Below are positions 46,527 through 55,812 of a stretch of 56,717 nucleotides of DNA, piece by piece. The notes beneath the pieces were generated by a model that made no database searches, was not told the origin of the DNA, and saw only the letters and a program-made list of their open reading frames with translations. The stretch's first letter is position 1, and the number at the start of each line of letters is the position of its first letter. Origin of the DNA: an uncultured Opitutia bacterium (GTDB lineage: Bacteria > Verrucomicrobiota > Verrucomicrobiia > Opitutales > UBA953); assembly GCA_903895475.1 (NCBI GenBank), contig CAITUF010000036.1, positions 1 through 56,717 of the forward strand. Reading direction: 5' to 3'. Both the position numbers and the translations under genes were made by a program.

Positions 46527-49500
46527 TTACTGGCCAGCCGGAGCAGCCGGAGCGGCTTCACGCGGCGAGGAGTTCGTCGGGGTCGCTTCAACCGGCTCGC
46601 GGTAGACAGCACCACCTGGGGAGAGAACGACTGGGTTCTGGAAGACCGAACCAGCGCGCATGCCAGGGTAGCTGCTACGGAGGGTCGCACCACCTGGGGA
46701 GACGAGGTTCGCCGTCACGAAGACCGTGAGGTTCTTCTTGGTCGTGGACTTACCGCTGGAGCGGAAGGCCGCACCAATGAGCGGGATGTCACCGAGGACC
46801 GGAACCTTGTCGTTGACGGTCTTCACTTCTTCGCGGGTCAAACCACCGATGACGACCGTGGCGCCGTCGAAGACGGTGACGTCGGTCGAGACTTCACGGG
46901 TCGTGAAGATCGGCTGGAAGAAGCCCGAAGGAATGGTGACGGTCGTGGAGCCAGAGATTGCGACGGAGGTGCCGCCGTATTCAACGAAGCCTTCGAATTC
47001 GGTCACCTTTGGCTTGAGGTTAAGAGCAATCGAGTCGTCGGCGCCGACAGTAGGGGTGACTTCGAGGGTCACGCCGACTTCCTGGACGGTGAAGTCCTGA
47101 GGCGTACCAGCCGTGATGGTCACACCCGCGGAACCGCCGCCCTGCTGGCCACCGCCCTGCGAACCCACGTTCGACTGGGTATCACCATAGGACTGCGGGT
47201 AGCGAAGGAGCTGAGCGATCTTGATGATGGCGGTCTTGCCGTCGAGGACGGTGAGGCTCGGGGCGGACATCAGGTCGGAACCGCTGTTCTGCTCGACGGC
47301 CTTAAGGAAGATCGAGAGGTCGTAGGAACCGATCGTGCCGATTAGGCCATTGTAAGCGCCCGCAGCACCGCTCCAACCGGTAGCACCACCGAAGTTCGGC
47401 TCGCGGCCACCGAAGTTACCCATAGGAAAGTTCGGCGGGTTGTTTGAAATGGGGGTCGTGGCGGGAGGCTGGGTGACGGTGACAGGGTTGCCGTTAGCAT
47501 CTAATACGACCGCCGTAAGGCCCGCCACCGAGATGGTGCCAGGGCTAGCGACGGTGGCGGAACCGAAGACGTCATTGACCGAACGGAGATTCGTCTGTGC
47601 ACGGATGGTCTGGACGCCGCCGACGGTCTTGGACAGGCGCAGGTTAGTCGTGAGCTCGTTCAGGGAGGACTCGGAGACTTCGATGAACTTGGACTCAATG
47701 TGGACCTGCTTGATGTCGGAGTAACGACGGAGGATGTTACGGATGCGCTCCAGGTTCTTGCGATTCTGGGTCACGATCAGGGTCGTACCGTCGTAGTTGA
47801 GGACGGCACCAGTCACTTCGAACGACACACCGGAGCGCGTCAGGAAGTTCTTAATGCCATCATTACGAGGGTTAGCGTCGGTCGCACCCGCACCAGCGGT
47901 GGCGCCACCGAAGGGGCTGGGGGTGCCGCCCGTGGAAGCGGACGGGGCTCCGGTACCGATACCGGTCATCTTGGTTTCAGCCGCAGAACTCAGCGGGAAG
48001 AACTCAGTTTCGAGGTCGTTCGAGCCGGAGTCCGGACGGATTTCGATGATACCAGAGTTGATCGTGTAGGTGAAGTTGACCTGCTTGGTGATAAGATCGA
48101 TGGCCTTCTCGAGGGTGACGTTACGGAGCGTCATGTTGACGGACGGATTCTTGCGATCCGGGTCGATGACAAACATGTTCACGCCCTTGTTTTCCTTGTC
48201 GTAAGACTGAGAGACAATCGTCAGCTGGGCGATGGCGCGGTCGAATGGCAGGTCGCGGATATTGATTTCTGGAACGGTGATTGCACGGAGCTTATCCAGC
48301 ACCGGGTCAGAGGTAGCGACACCACCGACGGGGCCGACTTCACGGTTATAGACTTCCGGTAGCTTCCAGCTTTCGTCGAGGAGTTCGAGGAGCTTACCCT
48401 TGGAGACGCCGCGGTTCCACTGGCCCGAATTCTGAGAGAGGAGCTGACGGATGCGAACTTGGAAGGCCTTGGATTCGGAATTGTTCGGCTGGTACTGGAG
48501 GATTTCGCGGTAGGCGTCGAGGGCGCCGGCGTAGTCGCCGTAGAGGTAACGAGCGCGGCCCTTCACGAGCAGCTCCTGAACCTTGTCGTCCTTGGCCCGG
48601 AGGCCTGGGGAGATTTCATCGACGCTGCGGTAAGCCGGGTCGGACTTCTTTGCAGCGAACTCCGCACGGAGGCGGCGGGAGCTGGAGTCGTCGGCACCAT
48701 TGAGGCGCTCGAACTCGCGGACGAAGGCGTCGGCCTTATTCATCTCACGGGCATCCATCGCGAGGAAGGCGCGGCGGGAGATAATCGAGGACTTCACCGT
48801 CTTGATACGGTCGCTGACCGGCTTGGTCGCAATGTTGCGGGGCAGGTTGGCGGACGCCTTGTCGAGCAGGGTGGTTGCATCGTCGAGCTCGCCCTTACGG
48901 ACGGAGCTTTCGGCTTCGTTAATGAGGGCCGAAGCCGCATCGATGGCGGCGGCGTTAATCTTGGCAAGGCGGACGACTTCAGCGCGAGCCAGTTGATCAG
49001 CACCTTGGTCGCCCGATTCGCGGCGGCTGATGATATCCTGCTTCGTGAGAGCGATTTCATCGCGCCAGTTCTGGGCGGCGGTATTGTTCGGGAGGGCACC
49101 ATTAGCGCCGTCGAGAACCTTGAGCGCACCCGCGTAGTCGCCCTGTTCGGCGGTCTGCTTGGCGACGGCGATAGCCTGGGCTACTTCGCGGTAAAGGTTT
49201 TCGTGACTCGAAGCGACCTCGTCGAGCAAGGTGGCTGGCTTAGCTGGAACCACCGGGGCAGGCTGCGAAGCCTTGACCTTGGCGGCTTCGGCATCGGCCT
49301 TGGCCTTGTCAGCGGCGGCGAGGGCAGCCTTGACGGTGGCGATGCCTTCCTTGGCGGCTTCATCGTCCGCGGAAATCTTTTGGATCTGCTCGAACTTTTC
49401 GAGCGCGACTTGGAGGTCACCCTTCTCGCGAGCGGCCAGCGCCTCGGAGAGGAGCTGGGTCTTTTGCGTCACCGGATCTACGTCTTGGGCGACGAGAGAG

Positions 49501-49562
49501 CCGACAGCGACGGCGGCAGCGAGGGTGGCCCAAGTGAGCCGGTTGCGTTTATGATTTTTCAT
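46527..49562 (-). CDS. secretin (PilQ/GspD family) with long N-terminal TPR/coiled-coil extension
   Basis: 1011 aa. Signal peptide, about 370 aa of TPR-like repeats (GDYAGALKVLDGA, GELDDATTLLDKA, GDYAGALDAYREILQYQPNN), N-domain-like region, secretin core (ATVVIGGLTREEVKTVNDKVPVLGDIPLIGAAFRS). Confidence 0.85.
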   Translation of the reverse strand: MKNHKRNRLTWATLAAAVAVGSLVAQDVDPVTQKTQLLSEALAAREKGDLQVALEKFEQIQKISADDEAAKEGIATVKAALAAADKAKADAEAAKVKASQPAPVVPAKPATLLDEVASSHENLYREVAQAIAVAKQTAEQGDYAGALKVLDGANGALPNNTAAQNWRDEIALTKQDIISRRESGDQGADQLARAEVVRLAKINAAAIDAASALINEAESSVRKGELDDATTLLDKASANLPRNIATKPVSDRIKTVKSSIISRRAFLAMDAREMNKADAFVREFERLNGADDSSSRRLRAEFAAKKSDPAYRSVDEISPGLRAKDDKVQELLVKGRARYLYGDYAGALDAYREILQYQPNNSESKAFQVRIRQLLSQNSGQWNRGVSKGKLLELLDESWKLPEVYNREVGPVGGVATSDPVLDKLRAITVPEINIRDLPFDRAIAQLTIVSQSYDKENKGVNMFVIDPDRKNPSVNMTLRNVTLEKAIDLITKQVNFTYTINSGIIEIRPDSGSNDLETEFFPLSSAAETKMTGIGTGAPSASTGGTPSPFGGATAGAGATDANPRNDGIKNFLTRSGVSFEVTGAVLNYDGTTLIVTQNRKNLERIRNILRRYSDIKQVHIESKFIEVSESSLNELTTNLRLSKTVGGVQTIRAQTNLRSVNDVFGSATVASPGTISVAGLTAVVLDANGNPVTVTQPPATTPISNNPPNFPMGNFGGREPNFGGATGWSGAAGAYNGLIGTIGSYDLSIFLKAVEQNSGSDLMSAPSLTVLDGKTAIIKIAQLLRYPQSYGDTQSNVGSQGGGQQGGGSAGVTITAGTPQDFTVQEVGVTLEVTPTVGADDSIALNLKPKVTEFEGFVEYGGTSVAISGSTTVTIPSGFFQPIFTTREVSTDVTVFDGATVVIGGLTREEVKTVNDKVPVLGDIPLIGAAFRSSGKSTTKKNLTVFVTANLVSPGGATLRSSYPGMRAGSVFQNPVVLSPGGAVYREPVEATPTNSSPREAAPAAPAGQ

Positions 49563-49583
49563 CGGGTCAGCGGAGGTAAAAGG

Positions 49584-50492
49584 TTATTTAGGAGCTTTAT
49601 CTTTGTTAGGGGAAGCAGGCTTGACCTCGGCGGGGATGGCCAAGGTCTCGGTGAAGGATTTACGCCCCTTCTTAGGGTCGGGGATAAAGGTCTTCTCAAC
49701 GGTCACGGTCTTGTTAATCAAGTCAATGTCTTTGATGACGAAATCGGCACCTTTATAGGCGAATTTATCGCCCTTGCGGTGGCGGGCCCAGGTCGTGGTG
49801 GGGCTATCGGTCGCCGCCAAGAGGATGTTAATCGAATCCTTGAACTCGATGGGCTTGATATCGTCAATTTCGACCAGCCGGCCGGCGGTCTTGTCGTCCA
49901 GGGTCAGGACATTGCGGGTGAAGCCATCGGCCATCTTTTCGACCTTAAAAGCCACCGGGGTGACCGGGACCTTGGGGTCGATGCGCTGCTTCAGCTTGCA
50001 GCGCTCGTAGTAGGTCTTGGTTTCGATATTCTGAATCAGGAACTCGCGATCCGCTTCCAATCCAGAACGCGGCGCCATGGTGGTGCTCAGGACGTAGGGG
50101 TAGGTCGGGTGGCCGACCTTGACTAAGGCGATGCCAAACGGGGGCAGCGGAATAACTTTGCGGCCGAGCGGGACGTATTCGGACTGGGCGGGGTCCCAAG
50201 CGATGTCGATGGTCGTGAACAGGTCGTAATCCCAACCATCGTCGTTTTCCTCTGGGGCGAGCCAATCATTGGCTCCGTCGGCCAGAGAGGCGCGAGGTGT
50301 GTTCGGGTAATCGCCGCCCTTCGGTGCTAAGGTGAGTTCCTCAATGGCTACTTGCCGGGCCTCTTCCGCCGGGAGCAGGGGCTTAACGAGTTCGGGCGAC
50401 CAGCCTTGGCCGAGCAGGCCCCAGGCGGTAATACCGGCAATCAACAAAAGCGTTGAGCCGATAAAGAGGAAGAAGTCCTTACGGGAATTCAT
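49584..50492 (-). CDS. membrane-anchored hypothetical protein of the pili-like cluster (Amuc_1099 position)
   Basis: 302 aa. N-terminal TM helix FFLFIGSTLLLIAGITAW. No recognisable catalytic motifs. Tight operon spacing. Confidence 0.55.
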   Translation of the reverse strand: MNSRKDFFLFIGSTLLLIAGITAWGLLGQGWSPELVKPLLPAEEARQVAIEELTLAPKGGDYPNTPRASLADGANDWLAPEENDDGWDYDLFTTIDIAWDPAQSEYVPLGRKVIPLPPFGIALVKVGHPTYPYVLSTTMAPRSGLEADREFLIQNIETKTYYERCKLKQRIDPKVPVTPVAFKVEKMADGFTRNVLTLDDKTAGRLVEIDDIKPIEFKDSINILLAATDSPTTTWARHRKGDKFAYKGADFVIKDIDLINKTVTVEKTFIPDPKKGRKSFTETLAIPAEVKPASPNKDKAPK

Positions 50493-50507
50493 GGAAAGGG
50501 TCTCGGA

Positions 50508-51611
50508 TTATTTCTTGGGTTCACCCTCAACGGCGGGCTTATCTTCGACCACCGTGAGGTAATCGATTTGGATAGAGAATTGCGCGGGGGCTTGGCGGAT
50601 GACGACCTTACGCTCTTCCTTGGGCGCCGGGGCGGCCGCTTTAGAATTACTGGCCGCGGCGGCATCGGCGGTGAAGAAGCCCGGGAGGCTAGTGACGGGC
50701 ACCGCGGCCGTCGGCGCCGAAGCCGAAACGACGGTGGAAGTAGCCCCAAGCAACTTCAGCGTGTCCGCGGACGGCGTGCTGACTTCAACCGCCGTAACCG
50801 CAAACGGGCGGCCGCTGTTGCGGACCTTATTGACGAAGGTGCGGAGCGTGGCAGTCGTGCCGACAAAGCGCACCCGGAAGGAGAGCGTGTCGACGAGGCC
50901 GGGCTGACGGAAGGTGCGGGTCGGGGCGAACTCGTCCGTTTCATTACGGATAGTTTCGGGTTGAGCGAAAGTGCCGGCGCCAGGCTTGCCTTCCGCAATC
51001 TTCTCAAAGGTCTCAACGGCTTCGCGATCGATAGACTCGAGGACAATAGGGGACGGAGCTCCGGCGATCACTGGCCGGGAATCCGCCAGTGTCTTGTAAA
51101 GGAAGTCGACGATCTGGCGTTGTTGGTCGACGCGCACGATGTCGCGCTTCGGGGAGGTGCCAGGATTACGGATGTAACGACGGAAACCAAATTCGCACTT
51201 TTCGTTCGGTAGCATGCGGATGTCACGGTCAGCGGCAAACTTGGTCCACTCATCCACGGACTGCTTGATTTCAGAGGCCAACGCGGTGTTGGACATATCC
51301 TTACCATTGATGCGGGCCTCGGCGGCGCCTGCGATGAGGGCCTTGAGCTGATCTTTTTGGGCATTCAGATCGACCAAATCCTTGGTCGCGGCATCCACGT
51401 TCGCTGGGGTCAAAGAGACGCTGTCGGTGGCGGTGGGTAGAATATGCCCGTTCAACAGGGTGCGGCTGTTCTTCTGCTGCTGATAGAGTTTAGCTGCGGT
51501 CGCGTTCTTATCCGTATACTTCCAGTAACTAGCACCGATTCCGGCAACGAAGACGACACCGACCGCGATGAGCGAGCTATAGAAGAGTTTGTTCTGCTTA
51601 AAGTTTTCCAT
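50508..51611 (-). CDS. membrane-anchored PilO-like protein resembling the Amuc_1100 family
   Basis: 367 aa. N-terminal TM helix, helical region, alpha/beta domain (LSFRVRFVGTTATLRTFVNKVRNSGRPFAVTAVEV), Ala/Pro-rich low-complexity stretch, conserved-looking C-terminal strand and an acidic/lysine tail. This is the layout I recall for Amuc_1100. Confidence 0.55.
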   Translation of the reverse strand: MENFKQNKLFYSSLIAVGVVFVAGIGASYWKYTDKNATAAKLYQQQKNSRTLLNGHILPTATDSVSLTPANVDAATKDLVDLNAQKDQLKALIAGAAEARINGKDMSNTALASEIKQSVDEWTKFAADRDIRMLPNEKCEFGFRRYIRNPGTSPKRDIVRVDQQRQIVDFLYKTLADSRPVIAGAPSPIVLESIDREAVETFEKIAEGKPGAGTFAQPETIRNETDEFAPTRTFRQPGLVDTLSFRVRFVGTTATLRTFVNKVRNSGRPFAVTAVEVSTPSADTLKLLGATSTVVSASAPTAAVPVTSLPGFFTADAAAASNSKAAAPAPKEERKVVIRQAPAQFSIQIDYLTVVEDKPAVEGEPKK

Positions 51612-51614
51612 GAC

Positions 51615-53309
51615 TTAGAGGGCTTTATCCTTTTGGATGATCAGCGTGAAGGTGAGTTTGGGGACGTTGGCTTCCTTATAGTCTGGCTTGATTTCGTCGG
51701 AAGGGATGTCCGCGATGAACGCCGACTTCTTCAGGCTAGCCATTAAGGCGTTCTGCCGCTCGATGAGTTCGCGGGCGTTGAAGGTCTTACCAGGGGCAAC
51801 CTTGTCGAGTAGGATACGGGCCGTGACGGTGACCTTAGTCACGGGAGGCGAAGGGGGCTTCGGGGCCTCCCCTTCGACGGCGGGAGCAACCACACCAGCG
51901 ATATGAACCACGCGAATTTCTTCGACCCAAGTATTCTTGCTCTGGGCCACGCGAGACTGGAGGTCGGTTAAAAAGGCCGGCCAATTCGAGCGGTTGGTGA
52001 CCACGGACTCCAGCAATTGATTGGTGACCAGAACGGCTTGAGCATCGGTGTGCGTTTTGACAATCGTGGCTTGGCGCCCGGTGAGCTCGGCGGCCCGCGT
52101 ATTCAGCAGATTGATCTGGGCGGTGTTATAGTCGGTGGCGTCGGCCAAGGCCAAGAAGACCGGCCATGGCGCCAGCGCCGCGAGGAGGGCCGCCACCAAG
52201 AGCTTCGGCTTACGGGCATCAAAGGCGATTTGGGCCGCAATGTCCCGCGGAATCAGGTTCACCCCCGAACTCTGCGGCAGTAGCAAAGAAGCGGCTTCAC
52301 CGATGACTTCGGAAATCTGGTGGACGTGCTGGCGAAGGTAATCCGGGTTGAGCTCGGGACCAGGCGTCAGGGCCGAAGAGGGATCGAACTGCTCGACCGG
52401 GAGACGGAGGGACTCCGTGAGCTGCTCGGCGAGGCCTGGAACCAAAGAGCCGCGGCCCGTCAAGAGGATGCGGGTCGGCTGCCGACCAGCAGCACCACGG
52501 CGAACATTAATGAGTCGGCGGTTGATGTCTTGCGAGAGGCGGCGAATGAAGCCCTGTGAATTAACCTGCAATAACGCGACCTGCGGATCAGATTCCGTGA
52601 GGTGCACGACGCCGGAGTAGTATCCCACTTTGACCGCTTCCGCCGTCGCAAAAGGCTGGCCGGTGTTGTCGGAGACGCCCTGCGTCAACAGGTTGCCACC
52701 GATGTTGGCCGACTGAATATTGGCACCGGCTGGGCCGACGAAACTCAGCGAGGTCGAACGGGCGCCCACGTTGATGATGAGGACTTCCTCGTTGGCCAAA
52801 CCACCGTGAAGAAGCGCCGCGCGGCTATCCAGCAGCGGGGCCGCTTGGATCGCGTAAGGCCGAAGGCCGGTAGCGGAAACCAGGTTAGCGATGCGTGTCG
52901 CCACTTCCGTGCGCAGCGCAAAAAGGAGGACTTCCGCTTCGACGCCGTCAGAAGACATCACCTGGCTATCCCAGATGACTTCGTTCAAAGGGTAAGGAAT
53001 CGCGTTCTGAGCCTCGAAGGCGACGATCTGGGCCTGACGTTCACGCTCGACCTGCGGCACCTTGAGTGACTTCTGCAGGAGCAGGAAACTCGGAGCGATA
53101 ATCGTAACCTGACCAGAAATCTTGTGGGCGTTGACGAGGCCAGCCAAGGCGGCCACGGCGGCGTTCAACCAATCGTCGTCGCCGAGACCAGGGGCCAGGT
53201 CTTCAGCAAAAAACTGGTCCATGAACAGGCGGCCCGCTTCCTCACGGAAGGAGGAAACCGAGACGTGGGACGCGGCGAGGTTGACGATTAAGGCCTTCTT
53301 CTGGCTCAT
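51615..53309 (-). CDS. PilM-PilN fusion protein (actin-like ATPase fold + TM + PilN-like domain)
   Basis: The PilM-like N-terminal ~340 aa includes IPYPLNEVIWD and LIINVGARSTSLSF...NIGGNLLT. Then comes VNLIPRDIAAQIAF, the TM helix LLVAALLAALAPWPVFLAL, and a ~190-aa periplasmic domain. Confidence 0.7.
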   Translation of the reverse strand: MSQKKALIVNLAASHVSVSSFREEAGRLFMDQFFAEDLAPGLGDDDWLNAAVAALAGLVNAHKISGQVTIIAPSFLLLQKSLKVPQVERERQAQIVAFEAQNAIPYPLNEVIWDSQVMSSDGVEAEVLLFALRTEVATRIANLVSATGLRPYAIQAAPLLDSRAALLHGGLANEEVLIINVGARSTSLSFVGPAGANIQSANIGGNLLTQGVSDNTGQPFATAEAVKVGYYSGVVHLTESDPQVALLQVNSQGFIRRLSQDINRRLINVRRGAAGRQPTRILLTGRGSLVPGLAEQLTESLRLPVEQFDPSSALTPGPELNPDYLRQHVHQISEVIGEAASLLLPQSSGVNLIPRDIAAQIAFDARKPKLLVAALLAALAPWPVFLALADATDYNTAQINLLNTRAAELTGRQATIVKTHTDAQAVLVTNQLLESVVTNRSNWPAFLTDLQSRVAQSKNTWVEEIRVVHIAGVVAPAVEGEAPKPPSPPVTKVTVTARILLDKVAPGKTFNARELIERQNALMASLKKSAFIADIPSDEIKPDYKEANVPKLTFTLIIQKDKAL

Positions 53310-53348
53310 ACGTGCAAGGGGTGTGGTTAGGTGGATTCCGCGCCGACC

Positions 53349-54065
53349 TTAGCGGGTTGGCACATCCTCGCGGATGAACTCAGGGGAGGGCGGAACGACT
53401 GGGGTGTCGGCGTAAAGGACGAGGTACTGCGGGCGGAGGACGCCCGGCGTGGTGATGACACCACGGTCGGCAGCATCCTTGGCGGGGTCAAACTTGGCCT
53501 TGGACTGTAGGTCCTTATGCAGGGCCCACTTTTGGTCAGCCAAAACGAGGCCGCGGGCGTCAAAGAGCGGCTCTTCGTTACCGGCGACTTCCAGCTGAAC
53601 GTAATAGTAATCGGGTTCCTTCTTGAGGTTGTCGCGCTTGACGATGTCGCCGGGGAGATAGAACAAAACTGAGCGGGGCTGGTTGACTTCGATCGTCAGA
53701 ACAGTCGCGGACGAACGGTAGTAATTCCACTCCTCAGGTTTTGCAGAAGCCGTCTTATAGATTTGGGTGACGGTAACTTTGACCTTATCGACCCACTTCT
53801 TGTTGCTCAGCTTGGAGGCTTCCGCACCGGCCGCAGGCTTGGCCTCAGGTACGGTGTTAGCCTGAATTTCCACCTGCATTCGGTTCCAAGGATTTACTTG
53901 GCCGCCCAGTTTGGTCTGCTGGAAAGTGACGCTACGGGCAAAAACGATGCTCTTACCGCCGACGGCCCCCGGAGCCGGCGCGGCCTGGCCAAAGGAGTCA
54001 GAAGTCAGGGTGACCATCGCCAACAGGAGGGCGCAAACGGCTTTGAATCGGGGCATGGGGAACAA
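53349..54065 (-). CDS. secreted hypothetical protein, first gene of the pili-like cluster (Amuc_1102 position)
   Basis: 238 aa. Signal peptide MFPMPRFKAVCALLLAMVTLTSDSFGQ. Beta-rich sequence. Confidence 0.55.
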   Translation of the reverse strand: MFPMPRFKAVCALLLAMVTLTSDSFGQAAPAPGAVGGKSIVFARSVTFQQTKLGGQVNPWNRMQVEIQANTVPEAKPAAGAEASKLSNKKWVDKVKVTVTQIYKTASAKPEEWNYYRSSATVLTIEVNQPRSVLFYLPGDIVKRDNLKKEPDYYYVQLEVAGNEEPLFDARGLVLADQKWALHKDLQSKAKFDPAKDAADRGVITTPGVLRPQYLVLYADTPVVPPSPEFIREDVPTR

Positions 54066-54120
54066 TGTCGTAAGGACGGCTGGGATGGTGGCAAACGCAA
54101 AAGCCCGGGCGCTGGAACAT

Positions 54121-54151
54121 TTGATTAATGCAAAACTCTTGCAATTAATAG
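54121..54151. promoter_or_regulatory. AT-rich imperfect palindrome upstream of the metal ABC importer (candidate Zur/Fur-family operator)
   Basis: ttgATTAATGCAAaactcTTGCAATTAATag. TGCAA-N5-TTGCA is perfect and the arms extend with a 1-nt offset. It lies 19-49 nt upstream of the ATG at 54170 in an otherwise GC-rich divergent intergenic region. Confidence 0.35.
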
Positions 54152-54169
54152 TGGGGCCATTACCTCCAT

Positions 54170-55036
54170 ATGATTGTGTCCACCTTGAGTCGATTTTTAC
54201 TCCTCCTGCTCGGCCTCTCTATCCCCCTTGCCGGTTGGACCAAAACCGAGGCGCAGGTGGTCAGCAGCTTCACGATTCCAAATGAATGGGTCGGCCGAGT
54301 AACTGCCCATAAAGTCAGCTATTTACCCCTCATCCCGAGTGGCGGCGAGCTCCATGGGTACAGCATCAGCGCCGCCGATTCTCGCACCCTCACCAAGGCC
54401 AAACTCATCGTCGGCATTAACCCCGAACTTGAGCCCTGGCTGGCCAACTGGGCCCAAGCCAATCGGCGCGAAAAAGATCTCCTTTGGCTCTACCCTGCTC
54501 CCCTGCCTTCCGGCAGCCACCTCTGGACCGTCCCCGCAGAAGTAAAGCGGATGATTACTCGCCTAAAAACGGGCCTAGATTCTGCCGGGATTGAAACATC
54601 TGAAGATGTTTTAGGTCAGATATTTAGGGAGGTTGAATCGGTTGAAAAGGATGTCCGGGATACCTTCGCGCCCCTCCAGACGCACGAGCGGCAATTCGTC
54701 ACCCAGCACCCCGGGCTGGAAAACTTCGCGGAGGCCTTTGGTCTCAAAGTCGCCGGGAGCATCCTCCAATGCTCTTCCGCCGAGTCCGCCGACCCATCCG
54801 CCAAGCATTACGCCGAACTGCTCAAGGCCATCCGCACTCAGAAAGTCCGCGTCATCCTATGCGATGAGGGGCAAAATCCCGCCGCCGCTCAGCAACTCGC
54901 CAAGGATGCCGGCATCAAAGCCCCCACCGCGTTGAGTTTTGAATACCTGCAGAAGCCCGGGACCCCCGGAGATACTTGGGCTACCATGATGCGGCTGAAT
55001 GCTCGGAAATTGGCGGACGCCCTCCAGCAACCGTGA
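54170..55036 (+). CDS. metal (Zn/Mn-type) ABC transporter substrate-binding protein, TroA/ZnuA family
   Basis: 288 aa. Signal peptide. Cluster-9 SBP-like layout. Followed by the cognate ATPase and permease genes. Confidence 0.75.
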   Translation: MIVSTLSRFLLLLLGLSIPLAGWTKTEAQVVSSFTIPNEWVGRVTAHKVSYLPLIPSGGELHGYSISAADSRTLTKAKLIVGINPELEPWLANWAQANRREKDLLWLYPAPLPSGSHLWTVPAEVKRMITRLKTGLDSAGIETSEDVLGQIFREVESVEKDVRDTFAPLQTHERQFVTQHPGLENFAEAFGLKVAGSILQCSSAESADPSAKHYAELLKAIRTQKVRVILCDEGQNPAAAQQLAKDAGIKAPTALSFEYLQKPGTPGDTWATMMRLNARKLADALQQP

Positions 55037-55812
55037 AAACCCAACCTTGGTGGTCCCCGCTCGGGGATGCGTGCTTCGGCTTGCTTCCCCGCGTGCCCTA
55101 CGAACGACCAGATCGTTCCGACTGCCAAGGGATTGCCGTCGAGGCCCACGGGCTTTCCGCCGCCGCGCGTACCGATGGCCCGACGGCCTTCACCGACGCC
55201 ACCTTCAGTATTCCGTGCGGCTGCCGCACGGCGCTCATCGGCCCCAACGGCTCGGGTAAGTCCACCCTCCTCCGCGTCCTCGCCGGCTTACTCCCCGCCA
55301 CCAGCGGCACGGTCCAAGTTCTCGGAGCCAAACCCCAGCTGGGCCGTGCCCGCGTGGCCTACCTCGCCCAACGGCCTCGGCTAACTGACCCTTTTCCGCT
55401 GACACTCCGGCGACTAGTCCAAATGGGCACCTACGCTCACCATGGTTGGTTTGAGGAATGCCACCATGGTGACGAAGCCGTCGACCGCGCCCTGCACCTC
55501 CTGCAACTGACCGACCTCGCCGATCGGGGGGTACACACGCTCTCCGGGGGACAGTTGCAGCGGGCCCTCCTCGCCCGCGCCACCGTGCAGGGTGCCGAAT
55601 TACTGTTGCTCGACGAACCCTACGCCGCCCTCGACCAGGCCAGCCGTGACATCGTCGAGGGCTTCCTCTTCGCGCCTAACGCTAACCTCACGATCGTGAT
55701 GGCGACGCACGACCCCGCGGACTCGCAACGCTTCGACCGTATCCTCGAACTTCGCCACGGCGCCTTACGCACCGTCCACGCCTGCGCCGGCCACCCGCAC
55801 CGCCATGCTTGA
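55033..55812 (+). CDS. metal ABC transporter ATP-binding protein (ZnuC-like)
   Basis: Walker A GPNGSGKSTL, signature LSGGQLQRALLARA, Walker B LLLDEPY. The GTG start overlaps the SBP stop (GTGA) and is preferred over the ATG at 54976. Confidence 0.85.
   Translation: MKTQPWWSPLGDACFGLLPRVPYERPDRSDCQGIAVEAHGLSAAARTDGPTAFTDATFSIPCGCRTALIGPNGSGKSTLLRVLAGLLPATSGTVQVLGAKPQLGRARVAYLAQRPRLTDPFPLTLRRLVQMGTYAHHGWFEECHHGDEAVDRALHLLQLTDLADRGVHTLSGGQLQRALLARATVQGAELLLLDEPYAALDQASRDIVEGFLFAPNANLTIVMATHDPADSQRFDRILELRHGALRTVHACAGHPHRHA

Noticed and set aside
48459-50126. 555-aa plus-strand ORF
   Set aside because: Antisense to the secretin and its neighbour. No motifs. Shadow ORF.
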